Positions 10,962 to 21,269 of a DNA stretch of 64,000 nucleotides are shown piece after piece. The stretch is from assembly GCA_020632445.1 (NCBI GenBank), contig JACKFN010000001.1, positions 75,975 to 139,974 of the forward strand. Direction: 5' to 3'. Source of the DNA: Candidatus Nomurabacteria bacterium. GTDB taxonomy: Bacteria > Patescibacteriota > Patescibacteriia > Magasanikbacterales > UBA922. Positions within the stretch are counted from its first letter, which is position 1, and every line of letters starts with the position of its first letter. Both the position numbers and the translations under genes were made by a program. The notes under the pieces were generated by a model. That model was not told the DNA's origin. It ran no database searches and worked only from the letters and a program-made list of their open reading frames with translations.

Positions 10962-11033
10962 CCTGCACGTCGTCATTTGTGGCAGTATGTGGCTCGCATA
11001 ATCGATGCTTGAAATGGCAAGTAAGCTCAAAGC

Positions 11034-12188
11034 TTGACCACGATAGTTGCCATGAGTTCAAAAATTATTAGGCAAAACCTTTCTCTTATTGTTTCGAATA
11101 TGCAAGTTGACAAACTGTATCTAAAACAAATTTCGCTGACCGAATGGTACCGAAATATTGGACACAAAGATGCTGAAAGCATCGATCAAGAGGACTTCAC
11201 CAAACGTGATCGGCTTGCCGTGCTCAGAGAGGTTATTGGTCTTCCGTATGACAAACCATATAAGTTTTGCGCCTCATGTATTGCAGGCAGGGTTCCAAAA
11301 TTTTTGGACTACTTTAATACGCATAAAAGCGATCTGTGCGCTCTTCGCCTTATTCCAAAGGTAGCTGGTCTTGAGAAGCTTCGCATGCGAGGCAAAACGG
11401 TAGAGGGAGCCCTTGAATGGTTCGATAGCCTTGATATCGATCCTTCCAACTATCGCGCAGAAATTGTCCCCCACTCTGATCTTCCACTCTTTGGCACGAT
11501 CTTTGTTGTCACCGAAAATGGCATCTTTGGTGAGATAATTCGCGGTGGTCACCATCAACTCACGCAAGGATTTTATCAGAATCAAAAACCTATTGTCTTT
11601 TCCTACAACTTTTCTGACTGGTCAATGAGTCACGAAGATCAGGAGGTGCTCGAACATCTCAAATACATCGTATCGCTCCTCAAGGTAACCTCCCCAGAAA
11701 AACAACAATACCTTTCTGATCAGCTAAGCTCGACATTTTCTCATGACTACCTCAAGGGATATTTTGAAACCACTTCATCGGTAGAATATCCTCTTTTTTT
11801 TATTGACTATAACCGGATACTTGACAGTACCTTCGCTGAATTTTCTTTTCAGATAAATAAAACAGCCTCCAGATTTTCTGGAAGCTGCGCGTCTCCTGGC
11901 GTTGCCCAGGGAAGAATTCGAATCGTGAGCATTGAAGAAATCCACACCATTGACTTTCGTGAGGGTGAAGTTCTTGCCTGTACTATGACTTCTCCGGATT
12001 ATCTTCCACTTATGCAAAAGGCCAGTGCTATTGTAACTGCGCAGGGTGGAATTCTCTCACACGCCGCAATAGTATCAAGAGAGCTTGCAATACCTTGCAT
12101 CGTAGGCGTTCATGAACTTGATAAACTCAAGGACGGTAGCCACATACACGTCAATGCCACAAATGGGGAAATTTCTCTTCTTAACTAA
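11034..12188 (+). CDS. PEP-utilising-enzyme mobile (phospho-His swivel) domain protein
   Basis: C-terminal GEVLACTMTSPDYLPLMQKASAIVTAQGGILSHAAIVSRELAIPCIVGV matches the PEP-utilizers swivel domain. No family recognised for the N-terminal part. Confidence 0.65.
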   Translation: MTTIVAMSSKIIRQNLSLIVSNMQVDKLYLKQISLTEWYRNIGHKDAESIDQEDFTKRDRLAVLREVIGLPYDKPYKFCASCIAGRVPKFLDYFNTHKSDLCALRLIPKVAGLEKLRMRGKTVEGALEWFDSLDIDPSNYRAEIVPHSDLPLFGTIFVVTENGIFGEIIRGGHHQLTQGFYQNQKPIVFSYNFSDWSMSHEDQEVLEHLKYIVSLLKVTSPEKQQYLSDQLSSTFSHDYLKGYFETTSSVEYPLFFIDYNRILDSTFAEFSFQINKTASRFSGSCASPGVAQGRIRIVSIEEIHTIDFREGEVLACTMTSPDYLPLMQKASAIVTAQGGILSHAAIVSRELAIPCIVGVHELDKLKDGSHIHVNATNGEISLLN

Positions 12189-15100
12189 TTTCTTCCTCTG
12201 CGTAACGATTGTATAGCAACGGAATTACGATAAGTGATGAAACGGTTGAAAACAAGAGCCCAAAGATAATAGAATACGCAAGTGGCCCCCATGTTTCATC
12301 TGAAATAGCAAGCGGTGCCACACCAGCAATGGTAGTAATTGTCGTCAAAAGGATTGGTTGCAACCGCATCTTTGAACCTTCCAAAACAGCGATTGTTTTA
12401 TCCATACCTTCTCGGCGATTCTCGTTAATACGGTCGATAAGAATAATTGCATTGTTCACCACAATACCAGCAAGTGCCACCACACCAATAACGCCAGGAA
12501 AACTTAGTGGCAATCCCACCAAGAAAAGACCCGGGATCACACCGATAAATGCCAGTGGAATAGTAATGAGAATAAAAAGTGGTTGACGATATGACTGGAA
12601 CTGCCATACTAAAAGAGCAGCGATGAGGAAAATTGCCAAAAACATGGCTTTAAACATATCGGAAAAGGACTTGTCAATATCTTCCCTTTCACCACCAAGT
12701 TTTACAACATACCCATCAGGAACGTACACTTCATCCTGTCGCTTTTCAATTTCAGCAAAAATAACCTGTGCTGGAGTGTTTGCAAGTGTTTCAGATGTTA
12801 CCTTTACAATCCTCTGACCATCTTCATGTTGAATCTGTGAACGACTTGACTGTAAGGAATTTTTCGTAAATGCGCTCAGAGGAATATCCCCTTGTGGAGT
12901 CGCAATAGTAATCGCAGAAATCGAATCCAAAGAAATATTGTTTGCCGTAGGATCATCTTCACTCCCTTGTGCCAAATCATATTTCACAAGCACATCGATA
13001 TCTTCCCCATCTTTTCGAACTATCGTTGCGTCAACTCCTGAAACCGCATTTCGCAAAGTCTGCGCTATTTGCAACGTATTTGCTCCATAAAGCTGCGCCT
13101 TGACACGATCAACCGTAAGCACAAATTCTCCTGGAGAATCTTGAATATTGGTCTTTACATTTTTCGTGTTTTCTATTGACTTTACAAGCTCTTCATAGTC
13201 GCCTGCGATACTCTCCAGTACAGCAATGTCGTCACCCTGAATAACAACCTCTACTGGCGCTGCAGATGGCGGACCGTCACTTTGTTGCCACACACGAATT
13301 TTTGCCTTATCAAAATAGGCAAGCTTATCGGTGTATTCATCTACTAAGTCATAACTCTTTGTCTTGCGCAACTTTCCTTGTTCATGCAGTTTAATCACAA
13401 AATGAGCGAGATGTGTAGAGCCAAGTGAACTGTTACTTGAAACACTTCCGTCTCCAGAGCTTGAACCTACATTGGTGACAAAGGATTCTATTCGGGAATC
13501 CTGCACAAGCAAGTCCTCAATCTCTGGCAAAACACTGCTTGTAACATCAAGTGGAGTGCCAAGCGGCTTCTCTACGTCGATAAACATAATGGGAAAATCT
13601 GATGGAGGAAACATATTCACACGAACAATACCCACTCCTACCATAGCAATTGCCCCAACAAATGCCAAAATAAGCCTTCGCCTAAGCTTTTTAGCTTCCT
13701 TTTTATTATACAAAAGTCCAGAGAGTTTTTTTCCGTACCAGTCGTACATCTTCTGAATCTTTTCCTTTTTTCCTGCTTGGACTTTTTGGATTCGACCAAT
13801 GACACCGGAAAACCGTTGCAAAAACTTCCCTTGCTTGCCATCTCGCTGCTTTGGTGGCTTTTCACGGAGCATTCTCGATGCAAGTGTTGTAATAATTCCA
13901 AGCGCAACAAACAAAGAACCAATCAAAACACTACTCACTGTTACCGGAATAGTTTCAATAAACTTTCCCACAATTCCAGAAGAAAGCTTCATTGGTAAAA
14001 ACGCGAACACCGTAGTGAGTACCCCTGCAATAAGCGGAAGTCGGAACTCACGAATAGCCTTTCGGGCAGATTCTTTTGCAGTCAATCCCTCTTTCTTGTT
14101 TACATAAATGGCCTCGGTAATGACAATAGCGCTATCAACGAGTACTCCAAGCGAGAGAATCAAGGAGAACAAAGTCAAAAAGTTCAGGGTATAGCCAAGA
14201 TATGACAAAATAATAAAGCCAACAAAAAAGGTTAATGGAATAGAGAGACCTGCAAGCACTGCCTCCTTTACTCCCAAGAAAAAGTACAAAAGCAAAAAGA
14301 TAAGAATAATGGTCTGTATCCCATTTTTTGTGAGATTTCCAAGATCCCTTTCTATGTAATCAGCATTTTTCAAAATTGGAGCGATGGTGAGATTTTCTGG
14401 CAAGATTGCAGCCTTTTGTACACTCTCTATTTTTGACTCTATCGCCCGTGTTATATCAATAATATTCCCTCCACTGCGCTTAAAAACAAGAAGCGTAATG
14501 GAAGGTTCTGGATCGCTTCCGGAAACGCTCAGCCGAGATTGAGTACTTGCTTTGCTCAGTCCATCAATTACCCTTCCAACATCACTGACAAGTATTGGCG
14601 AGCCTTCTAATTGACGAATCGGCACACTGGCAATATCCTCAACATTCTGAAATCTCCCCTCAAGGCGCAGCGTATAATTGGAAATACCAGTTGTGACCGT
14701 TCCGGCAGGTATATCGGTGTTTGCAGAACGAATAGCACCGGTGACATCAGTAAGAGCCAAACCAAACTCATCAAGTTTTGCCTTGCTTACGATCACCTGA
14801 TATTCACGATCTTGTCCACCGATAATCCGAACGGTACTAACACCTGGAACAGCCTCTATTTCATCCTTAAGCTCTTCTGCAAAGTTTTTTATCTGGACGC
14901 TTGAGTAAGGGCCTGATAGTGCCATGGTCAAAACTGACTGATCTGCTACGGCAATCTGTGTGACGATGGGATCCTCAGCGTCATCAGGAAGATCAATTTT
15001 TGCGTTATCTATAGCATCCTTAAGATCGGCGATTTTTTCGTCGGCGTCAGCGTCGATTTCAAACTGGACGGTAATGCTTGACACTCCATCTTTTGAAACC

Positions 15101-15363
15101 GATGTAAATTCATCTAGCTCGTCGAGACCATTAATCCTATCCTCTATCGGATCAGTGACGAGCTCTTCCACGTCCTGCGCATTTGCTCCCGGATAAACGG
15201 TTGTTACCACAGCGATTGGCACTTCAATTTCAGGAGAAGACTCCTTTGGCATCGACCGAATCGACAAAGTACCCAAGAGGATGACACAAAAAAGCGCTAC
15301 GTACGTAAACTTGTAGTTGTCTATGAAAAATTCCCACAGGTGACTCTTTTTGTCATTACTCAT
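12181..15363 (-). CDS. RND superfamily efflux transporter (AcrB/HAE1-like inner-membrane pump)
   Basis: 1060 aa with two large periplasmic loops alternating with 12 predicted TM segments. Paired with an adaptor gene immediately upstream. Confidence 0.8.
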   Translation of the reverse strand: MSNDKKSHLWEFFIDNYKFTYVALFCVILLGTLSIRSMPKESSPEIEVPIAVVTTVYPGANAQDVEELVTDPIEDRINGLDELDEFTSVSKDGVSSITVQFEIDADADEKIADLKDAIDNAKIDLPDDAEDPIVTQIAVADQSVLTMALSGPYSSVQIKNFAEELKDEIEAVPGVSTVRIIGGQDREYQVIVSKAKLDEFGLALTDVTGAIRSANTDIPAGTVTTGISNYTLRLEGRFQNVEDIASVPIRQLEGSPILVSDVGRVIDGLSKASTQSRLSVSGSDPEPSITLLVFKRSGGNIIDITRAIESKIESVQKAAILPENLTIAPILKNADYIERDLGNLTKNGIQTIILIFLLLYFFLGVKEAVLAGLSIPLTFFVGFIILSYLGYTLNFLTLFSLILSLGVLVDSAIVITEAIYVNKKEGLTAKESARKAIREFRLPLIAGVLTTVFAFLPMKLSSGIVGKFIETIPVTVSSVLIGSLFVALGIITTLASRMLREKPPKQRDGKQGKFLQRFSGVIGRIQKVQAGKKEKIQKMYDWYGKKLSGLLYNKKEAKKLRRRLILAFVGAIAMVGVGIVRVNMFPPSDFPIMFIDVEKPLGTPLDVTSSVLPEIEDLLVQDSRIESFVTNVGSSSGDGSVSSNSSLGSTHLAHFVIKLHEQGKLRKTKSYDLVDEYTDKLAYFDKAKIRVWQQSDGPPSAAPVEVVIQGDDIAVLESIAGDYEELVKSIENTKNVKTNIQDSPGEFVLTVDRVKAQLYGANTLQIAQTLRNAVSGVDATIVRKDGEDIDVLVKYDLAQGSEDDPTANNISLDSISAITIATPQGDIPLSAFTKNSLQSSRSQIQHEDGQRIVKVTSETLANTPAQVIFAEIEKRQDEVYVPDGYVVKLGGEREDIDKSFSDMFKAMFLAIFLIAALLVWQFQSYRQPLFILITIPLAFIGVIPGLFLVGLPLSFPGVIGVVALAGIVVNNAIILIDRINENRREGMDKTIAVLEGSKMRLQPILLTTITTIAGVAPLAISDETWGPLAYSIIFGLLFSTVSSLIVIPLLYNRYAEEEIS

Positions 15364-15364
15364 A

Positions 15365-17116
15365 TTACTGTAGCTGAACAGTTTGTCCGAGTTTTATCGA
15401 TCGGACAGAAGAAAGGATGTTCATGTTTGCATCAATTCCAGAAAGGACTTCCACATCCTCACCAATCACTCTTCCAAGCTCTACTGGAACAGCCTGTGTC
15501 GTCTGATCATCGTCAAGTATGTACACAGAGGCACCATGCGTCGACGTCTTCACTGCCTCAAGAGGCACAAGAAATGTCTGCATCGTCTGCTCACTATTTG
15601 AGCGTATCGTTACATCCATAAACTCACCAATAACATAGCTCACCGAGGTATCACTAAGTGCTATAACCACCTCAACTTTTCTTCGTGTCGGATCAATGCT
15701 AGGTGAAACACGAGTAACCTCTCCGACCTCAGCACCATCGCTCTGACGATACACCTTAGCACCTACCGCAACATAGGCCACATCACTACTACTAATGTAG
15801 GTTTTGAGCTGATACCCCTGTGTATTGACTACAGCAGATACAAGTGCCCCACCGGTTGCAAGATCTCCCACACGAAGTGGCATGGCAGCAACGGTTCCAT
15901 CGATAGGACTCGTGATAATGGTCTTTGCAAGCTGAGCCTGAATGAGAGCGGCGTTTGCTTGAGCTTGTCTCACCCGCGCTTCACTCGCTCTGACATTGAG
16001 CTGCCCCTGCTCTACCATAGACTGCTGACTAAGAATCTGCTCTTGACGAGTGCCGGCCTGCGTAAGCGTAGACTGTTTTATCGCAAGGTCAACCGCGTTT
16101 TGAGCAGCTGTTATGGCATTTTGATTAGCAATTTTTTGTTGATCTATCCTTTGAATGTAATCCTCAATTCGAGTGACGAGTCCATTGAGTGTTGAACGCG
16201 CCGTGTTGATCTGTCCCTTGTAATTATTTCGCTCGGTTTCTCCAAGCCCGATTGCAGCGTCAGTTGCATCAACACTTGCCTCCAAAAAAGGTAAAAATGA
16301 TGCCATATACTTACGCGCTTGCGCCAGATAGAGATAGCGCTGCTGATTGTCGGGAATAAGTGCGTCAATTTCCTGCTTGAATTGATTCATCTTCGTTCGA
16401 GCAAGATGCCTCCCCCACTCAGCATCAATTTTTGCCTGAGAATTATACGAATCAAAGACGAGTCGTGGAAGATCACTTGAATACTCCTGTGTATTACCAA
16501 ACACACTACTAATTTGTCTATTGAGAGCATCATCGGCCGAAATATAAATATCATTGAGAAAGCTCGGAATATCATTGTAAATGTCCTGCAAATCTGCTTT
16601 TGCTTTTTGCTCAGTCACCTTGAGCTGCTTTTGTGCATTCTCCACCTGTGTAAGGGCAATGTCTTTTTCTTCCGAACGGGCACCACTTGTCATCTCGTCA
16701 AGCTTGATCTGTGTTTGGTTTAAGCTTGTTTTTGTCTGCTCTACTCCTATCTGTGCATCTTCTATGCTTGCATAGGCCTGCTGGAGCTGCGCATATAGAT
16801 CCGCGTTGGACAGACGAAGCAAAACCTGACCCCGCTTTACAGGGTCTCCAATTTTGGCACCGATATACTGGACCTGTCCCGTCGCCTGACTACGAAGCTC
16901 TACCTGCTCCAAAGCCTCTAACTCACCGACAACATTGACGGCATCCTGCTCTTTTACGAGGTCAGAGGTAGCAAGAAGGGTCACACGGGGAATTTGTGCT
17001 TCTTCCTGCTTCCCCGTTTGTGCGGAAAGAATTCTGTACCCTGCAAGAATAACGAGCAAAGCTACCACCAAAATGGTAACCAATCTTTTGCGCTCGATTT
17101 TTATGTATTTTCTCAT
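15365..17116 (-). CDS. Efflux RND periplasmic adaptor (membrane-fusion/HlyD-family) protein
   Basis: N-terminal TM anchor, long coiled-coil segments, C-terminal beta-barrel-like region. Its stop abuts the RND gene start. Confidence 0.75.
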   Translation of the reverse strand: MRKYIKIERKRLVTILVVALLVILAGYRILSAQTGKQEEAQIPRVTLLATSDLVKEQDAVNVVGELEALEQVELRSQATGQVQYIGAKIGDPVKRGQVLLRLSNADLYAQLQQAYASIEDAQIGVEQTKTSLNQTQIKLDEMTSGARSEEKDIALTQVENAQKQLKVTEQKAKADLQDIYNDIPSFLNDIYISADDALNRQISSVFGNTQEYSSDLPRLVFDSYNSQAKIDAEWGRHLARTKMNQFKQEIDALIPDNQQRYLYLAQARKYMASFLPFLEASVDATDAAIGLGETERNNYKGQINTARSTLNGLVTRIEDYIQRIDQQKIANQNAITAAQNAVDLAIKQSTLTQAGTRQEQILSQQSMVEQGQLNVRASEARVRQAQANAALIQAQLAKTIITSPIDGTVAAMPLRVGDLATGGALVSAVVNTQGYQLKTYISSSDVAYVAVGAKVYRQSDGAEVGEVTRVSPSIDPTRRKVEVVIALSDTSVSYVIGEFMDVTIRSNSEQTMQTFLVPLEAVKTSTHGASVYILDDDQTTQAVPVELGRVIGEDVEVLSGIDANMNILSSVRSIKLGQTVQLQ

Positions 17117-17232
17117 AAATAGTGGCTTTTTTATGTACGACTAGAGTAGCATAAAATACCACCTTTTCGGCATTGAGTCAAGGTGACATGATAGACGTAG
17201 GTCACATACAAAGAAAAAAGCGCTTCATAGCG

Positions 17233-18438
17233 CTAAATTTTCTTAATGTACTCTTTTTTGACTTTTTCAAACTCTTCCCGATACTGCTCCTTGATCGGGT
17301 CTCCAGGCGGTAACTCAATTTCCAGTGGATTGACAAGTGTCCCATTTTTTTGAATTTCATAATGTAGATGAGGTCCCGTAGAAAAACCGGTAGATCCAAC
17401 ATAGCCAATTATTTGCCCCTGCTTAACATGTACACCATACTTGATCCCAGTTCCATATCTTGATAGGTGCGCGTAGTGGGTTTGGTATATGCCATTATGC
17501 CTGACTTTCACAAAATTCCCGTAGCCCCCATTGTATCCTGCATACACAACGGTTCCATCAGCAGTAGCCATAACCGGCGTACCTATAGGCGCCGCATAAT
17601 CTATGGCCCTATGTGGAGTGGTTTGTTTGGTTACCGGATGAAAACGTGCATAGGTAAATCCTGACGTAATACGAGAATACTTGAGTGGTGCACGCAAAAA
17701 CTGACGAATGGTTGAATTTCCATCTTCATCATAATACCCAGCATTTTCTCCATCATCAAAGTAAAAAACCATGTGCTTATTTCCCATGTTAGTAAAACTG
17801 GCAGCCAAAATTCTGCCCGGGCGTGCCTGCTGTCCCCCGCGTAACCTATCTTCATACACCACAGCAAAACTATCGCCCTCTTGTACCTGTGTAGCAAAGT
17901 CGATATTCCACGCCAGTACCTCTGCCATCTCGAGTATTGTTTCGTCAGTCAAACCTGCTTGCTGACCAGCAACAAACATAGAACTTTCGATATGTGCACT
18001 CACGGCTTTTATTGTTACGTCGTATTCTATTGGTTTTCTCTCTACGGCAAGTACCTGAGGAAAAATTTCAAGATACTCCTCCGTGCTAATATCGTATTGG
18101 ATCTTCTCCAATTTTCCATCAAGAGACAAACCAACAAAGTTTTTTCCGGCCACGATTCTCGTCAAATCATATGTGTCTGCAGTACTAGACACCAATTGGA
18201 GCATTGTACCATAATCAACTCCATAGTATTCCATCACTTTTGCTATGGTATCGCCTGGCTGAACGGTGTATATATCCTTTTGATATTTTGGTGCTTCACT
18301 CTGACCACGTTGCGCAACTTCCTGCTGGGCAAGCACATAATCCCCATCTAACACGTCGCCACTTTCATTATCAGAAAAAAAGAAAAGCCAACCGGCAAAG
18401 CCAGTGGCTACAATGATAATGGTGAGAAGCTTTTTCAT
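17233..18438 (-). CDS. M23 family metallopeptidase with LysM-like N-terminal domain
   Basis: M23 motifs HRAIDYAAPIGTPV and GSTGFSTGPHLHYEI. LysM-like YTVQPGDTIAKVMEYYGVDY. Start placed at MKKLL, which has a GAGGA RBS, instead of 18483. Confidence 0.8.
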   Translation of the reverse strand: MKKLLTIIIVATGFAGWLFFFSDNESGDVLDGDYVLAQQEVAQRGQSEAPKYQKDIYTVQPGDTIAKVMEYYGVDYGTMLQLVSSTADTYDLTRIVAGKNFVGLSLDGKLEKIQYDISTEEYLEIFPQVLAVERKPIEYDVTIKAVSAHIESSMFVAGQQAGLTDETILEMAEVLAWNIDFATQVQEGDSFAVVYEDRLRGGQQARPGRILAASFTNMGNKHMVFYFDDGENAGYYDEDGNSTIRQFLRAPLKYSRITSGFTYARFHPVTKQTTPHRAIDYAAPIGTPVMATADGTVVYAGYNGGYGNFVKVRHNGIYQTHYAHLSRYGTGIKYGVHVKQGQIIGYVGSTGFSTGPHLHYEIQKNGTLVNPLEIELPPGDPIKEQYREEFEKVKKEYIKKI

Positions 18439-18454
18439 GTCCTCAATACTACGG

Positions 18455-19123
18455 TTATTTTTGGGTGTATATATCCAAATCAAATTCCATCATGTCATCA
18501 ATCATCTTATCACCAAGTTCTTTAAAAAACTTTCCAGAGCCATAGGTTATTCCCCAGAGCGTTCTATCCAGCTTAAACTGGGCAGTTGCATGTTCTACCC
18601 CATCCACACTTTCTATCTTTGCTGGAAATTGAATGTTTCTCCTTACATCCTTGATGGAAAGGTCTCCGGAAATGTTTTTTACCCCTTTGAGCCCTGCATC
18701 ACGGACAAGAGTAAAGGCAATTCGTGATGTCGGGAAGTTTACAACATCAAAAAAGTCCTCGTTCTTGAGATGATCATCGAGTGAAGTGACATCGCCGTCT
18801 GTCTTGATCGTATTCATATCCATCACAAACTGTCCGCCAATGAGTATCCCATCAAGATAATAGAGTTCGGCAGCTTGGATATCTACCGTACCGCTATACG
18901 ACGTGTCCCCATAACTCTTTCTTCCGGTCCAACGCACTGTGCTTTTTTCAAGATCTATAGTTTTTGTTACACTACCTTGCGGAATCTGCGCTCGATATTC
19001 CTGAAAAAGTCCCTGCTGCGAAGTATTTAGGACGTCAATATCTACCTGTTTGTCTTTACTGCCACAGCCTCCGACAAGTAACATTCCAATAAGTAATACG
19101 GCAAATGATATCTTCTGTTTCAT
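18455..19123 (-). CDS. YceI-like lipoprotein (polyisoprenoid-binding family)
   Basis: Lipoprotein signal LLVGGCGS. The WTGRK...G...DMNTIKTD...FFDV..FP pattern is typical of YceI. Confidence 0.6.
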   Translation of the reverse strand: MKQKISFAVLLIGMLLVGGCGSKDKQVDIDVLNTSQQGLFQEYRAQIPQGSVTKTIDLEKSTVRWTGRKSYGDTSYSGTVDIQAAELYYLDGILIGGQFVMDMNTIKTDGDVTSLDDHLKNEDFFDVVNFPTSRIAFTLVRDAGLKGVKNISGDLSIKDVRRNIQFPAKIESVDGVEHATAQFKLDRTLWGITYGSGKFFKELGDKMIDDMMEFDLDIYTQK

Positions 19124-19174
19124 ATATATACTTTAAGTAAACATTATAATAGCACAAGAATGACCTCGCGACAA

Positions 19175-19930
19175 CTAAAGGTAATCCAAAATTGCCTCAT
19201 AGTTAATAAAGCCAAAAAGAGAATAGAAAAACTCTATCCACAAAACAAAAGCATCAAACACCATAAACACTCCGAGGACAACCAACAAAATTCCACCCAG
19301 GATACTCACCACGTTTAGAAACCTTTGAAAAGCAGTCATAAACTGAAGTGTTCGAACAATAAGAGCCGCGCTGAGTAGAAAAGGAACGGCAAGACCCAAA
19401 CTAAATATTCCAAGGAGACCCGCGCCAGAAAACAATTGTCCTTTTGTCGCAGCAATAGTAAGAATACTCCCCAAGACAGGTCCGATGCAGGGTGTCCATC
19501 CAAATGCAAACGAAAGACCGAACAAAAAACTACTGTAAGGCTTTCCCGGCTTAAGTCTTTCAAAAAAAAGAAAACTCCTTTTTTTGGTCAAAACGGTGAG
19601 GCCAAGTGCATCAAACGCATGCATAAGATAAAGACCAAAAAAAATGACTACCAAACCAGCAAGACGAGTAAGTATCTCACGATGCATTGCGAGCGCCTGC
19701 CCAAAAAAACCAAAAATGCTTCCCATCAAAACAAAAACCAACGAAAAACCAAAGACGTAAGCAAGTGCATTTTCAAGAATACGCCTTTTGGAAAAGGCAT
19801 TGCCTTTGAGATCTTCTACCGATGCACCAGTAATAAAACTCATGTACGCCGGCAGAAGCGGGAAAGTGCATGGCGCAAAGAAGGTAAATACTCCGGAAAT
19901 AAAGGCAGCGATAAGAAATGGAAATTCCAT
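19175..19930 (-). CDS. ccdA: Cytochrome c-type biogenesis protein CcdA / DsbD-like thiol-disulfide transporter
   Basis: Conserved Cys pair in TM1 (FFAPCTFPLLPAYMSF), second motif WTPCIGPVLGSIL, six TM segments. Confidence 0.8.
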   Translation of the reverse strand: MEFPFLIAAFISGVFTFFAPCTFPLLPAYMSFITGASVEDLKGNAFSKRRILENALAYVFGFSLVFVLMGSIFGFFGQALAMHREILTRLAGLVVIFFGLYLMHAFDALGLTVLTKKRSFLFFERLKPGKPYSSFLFGLSFAFGWTPCIGPVLGSILTIAATKGQLFSGAGLLGIFSLGLAVPFLLSAALIVRTLQFMTAFQRFLNVVSILGGILLVVLGVFMVFDAFVLWIEFFYSLFGFINYEAILDYL

Positions 19931-20024
19931 ACAGACTAATATTATGCATGTACATTGTAGCTCTTTCTTTCACTCCAAACAAGGTGTGAAATTCACACTT
20001 TTTTTGGCACACAAAGCCCCCACG

Positions 20025-20390
20025 TTAGCCAAAGTGGCTTGCGGTACTTTCAAGAAAAGAATTAAGTCCATTTGTTGGCCTGCCTATAGCATATCCCAGC
20101 CACTGCACATGAAGATAAGGAAGGATCCACTCCTCCTCAGGTTCCGTGTGGTCTGGATGCTCATGACTGTGCTGATCATGTGGTTTTTCGAGTGAATAAC
20201 TCCCCTTCTCTCTATGATGCACCTGCTTAGGTACTGGTGAATGACCTACTTTGTGAGACTCATGTCCTGTATCCTCTTTGTGAGAAGGCTGCAACGAAAA
20301 CGACGCACTGAGAAGTTGCGTCGTTATTACGAAGAAAAGTGTTGCGGCAATAATCCTACTGCCTCTGGATTGTCCCATGTTTATTATCAT
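20025..20390 (-). CDS. Secreted histidine-rich small protein (possible metal-binding)
   Basis: Signal-peptide-like N-terminus, then HESHKVGHSPVPKQVHHREK...HDQHSHEHPDH. Adjacent to the cupredoxin and ccdA genes. Confidence 0.45.
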   Translation of the reverse strand: MIINMGQSRGSRIIAATLFFVITTQLLSASFSLQPSHKEDTGHESHKVGHSPVPKQVHHREKGSYSLEKPHDQHSHEHPDHTEPEEEWILPYLHVQWLGYAIGRPTNGLNSFLESTASHFG

Positions 20391-20631
20391 CTTTCTGATA
20401 TTAGGGACTGTTATTGGGTCTATATTATCATACTATCACAATTTTGTCAAGCACAGTTATGCACAAGCTATTTTTTTTACTAAAATTAAACTAATTTTGT
20501 GCTTTCTTCATCTATACACGATAAAAACACCACCCTTGATTCAAGACTTTTCCTCACTCTACCACTATTTGCCAAGCACAAAGAAATCTTGTATATTATG
20601 CATACAAGTATTTATTCTTTAAACATGCTTT

Positions 20632-21216
20632 ATGCAACAAAAAACACTTAACTCAAACTTGCCTCTTTTCCTTTTGGCTATTTCCTTAATTGCCTTGACC
20701 GTACTCTTTGCTGGCTGCACGAAAGCCAAAACTCAGGTTTCTGATACGACTGCTGGGGAGAATATGGAGGTAAACGAAGCTGATGATAGCATGATGAACG
20801 ACGACATGATGAACGACGACATGATGAACGACGACATGATGAACGACGACATGATGGACGACGACATGATGGACGACGACATGATGAACGACGACATGAT
20901 GAACGACGACATGATGGACGACCAAATGCAGACCATCTCGCTCTCAGGGAAAAATTTTGCATTCCTCATGAATGGAGAGGAAAACCCCACCCTTCGTGTC
21001 AAAAAAGGACAAAAAGTCAGCCTTGAATTTGTAAGTGACTCAGGATTTCACGATTTTGTAGTAGATGAGCTTGGTGTAGCGACTGACCGAGTACGTGACG
21101 GTGAAGGATCAACTACTGTTGAATTCACTCCAGAAAAAACAGGAACCTTTGAGTACTACTGTAGTGTGGGAGAGCACCGCGCAAATGGTATGAAGGGAAC
21201 CATCATTGTGGAATAA
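20632..21216 (+). CDS. Lipoprotein with (D-D-M-M-N/D)n Met/Asp-rich repeat region and C-terminal cupredoxin (type-1 copper) domain
   Basis: Lipobox LFAGCT. Nine tandem 15-bp repeats encode MMNDD/MMDDD. C-terminal YYCSVGEHRANGMKG fits the Cys-x-His-x-Met ligand spacing of plastocyanin/amicyanin-type copper sites. Confidence 0.65.
   Translation: MQQKTLNSNLPLFLLAISLIALTVLFAGCTKAKTQVSDTTAGENMEVNEADDSMMNDDMMNDDMMNDDMMNDDMMDDDMMDDDMMNDDMMNDDMMDDQMQTISLSGKNFAFLMNGEENPTLRVKKGQKVSLEFVSDSGFHDFVVDELGVATDRVRDGEGSTTVEFTPEKTGTFEYYCSVGEHRANGMKGTIIVE
20791..20925 (+). repeat. In-frame 15-bp tandem repeat (atgatgaacgacgac, ~9 copies, a/g variants)
   Basis: Directly visible perfect and near-perfect tandem units. 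Encodes the Met/Asp-rich tract of the cupredoxin lipoprotein. Confidence 0.95.
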
Positions 21217-21269
21217 CCCGTTTTTCAACCAAAAACAAAAACACCAGCTGTTGCTGGTGTTTTTTATTC

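Noticed and set aside
20791-20925. Regular 15-bp tandem repeat that could superficially suggest a CRISPR-like or minisatellite array.
   Set aside because: Units are only 15 bp with no spacers. They lie in-frame inside a CDS, encoding (MMNDD)n, so this is a coding low-complexity tract, not CRISPR.
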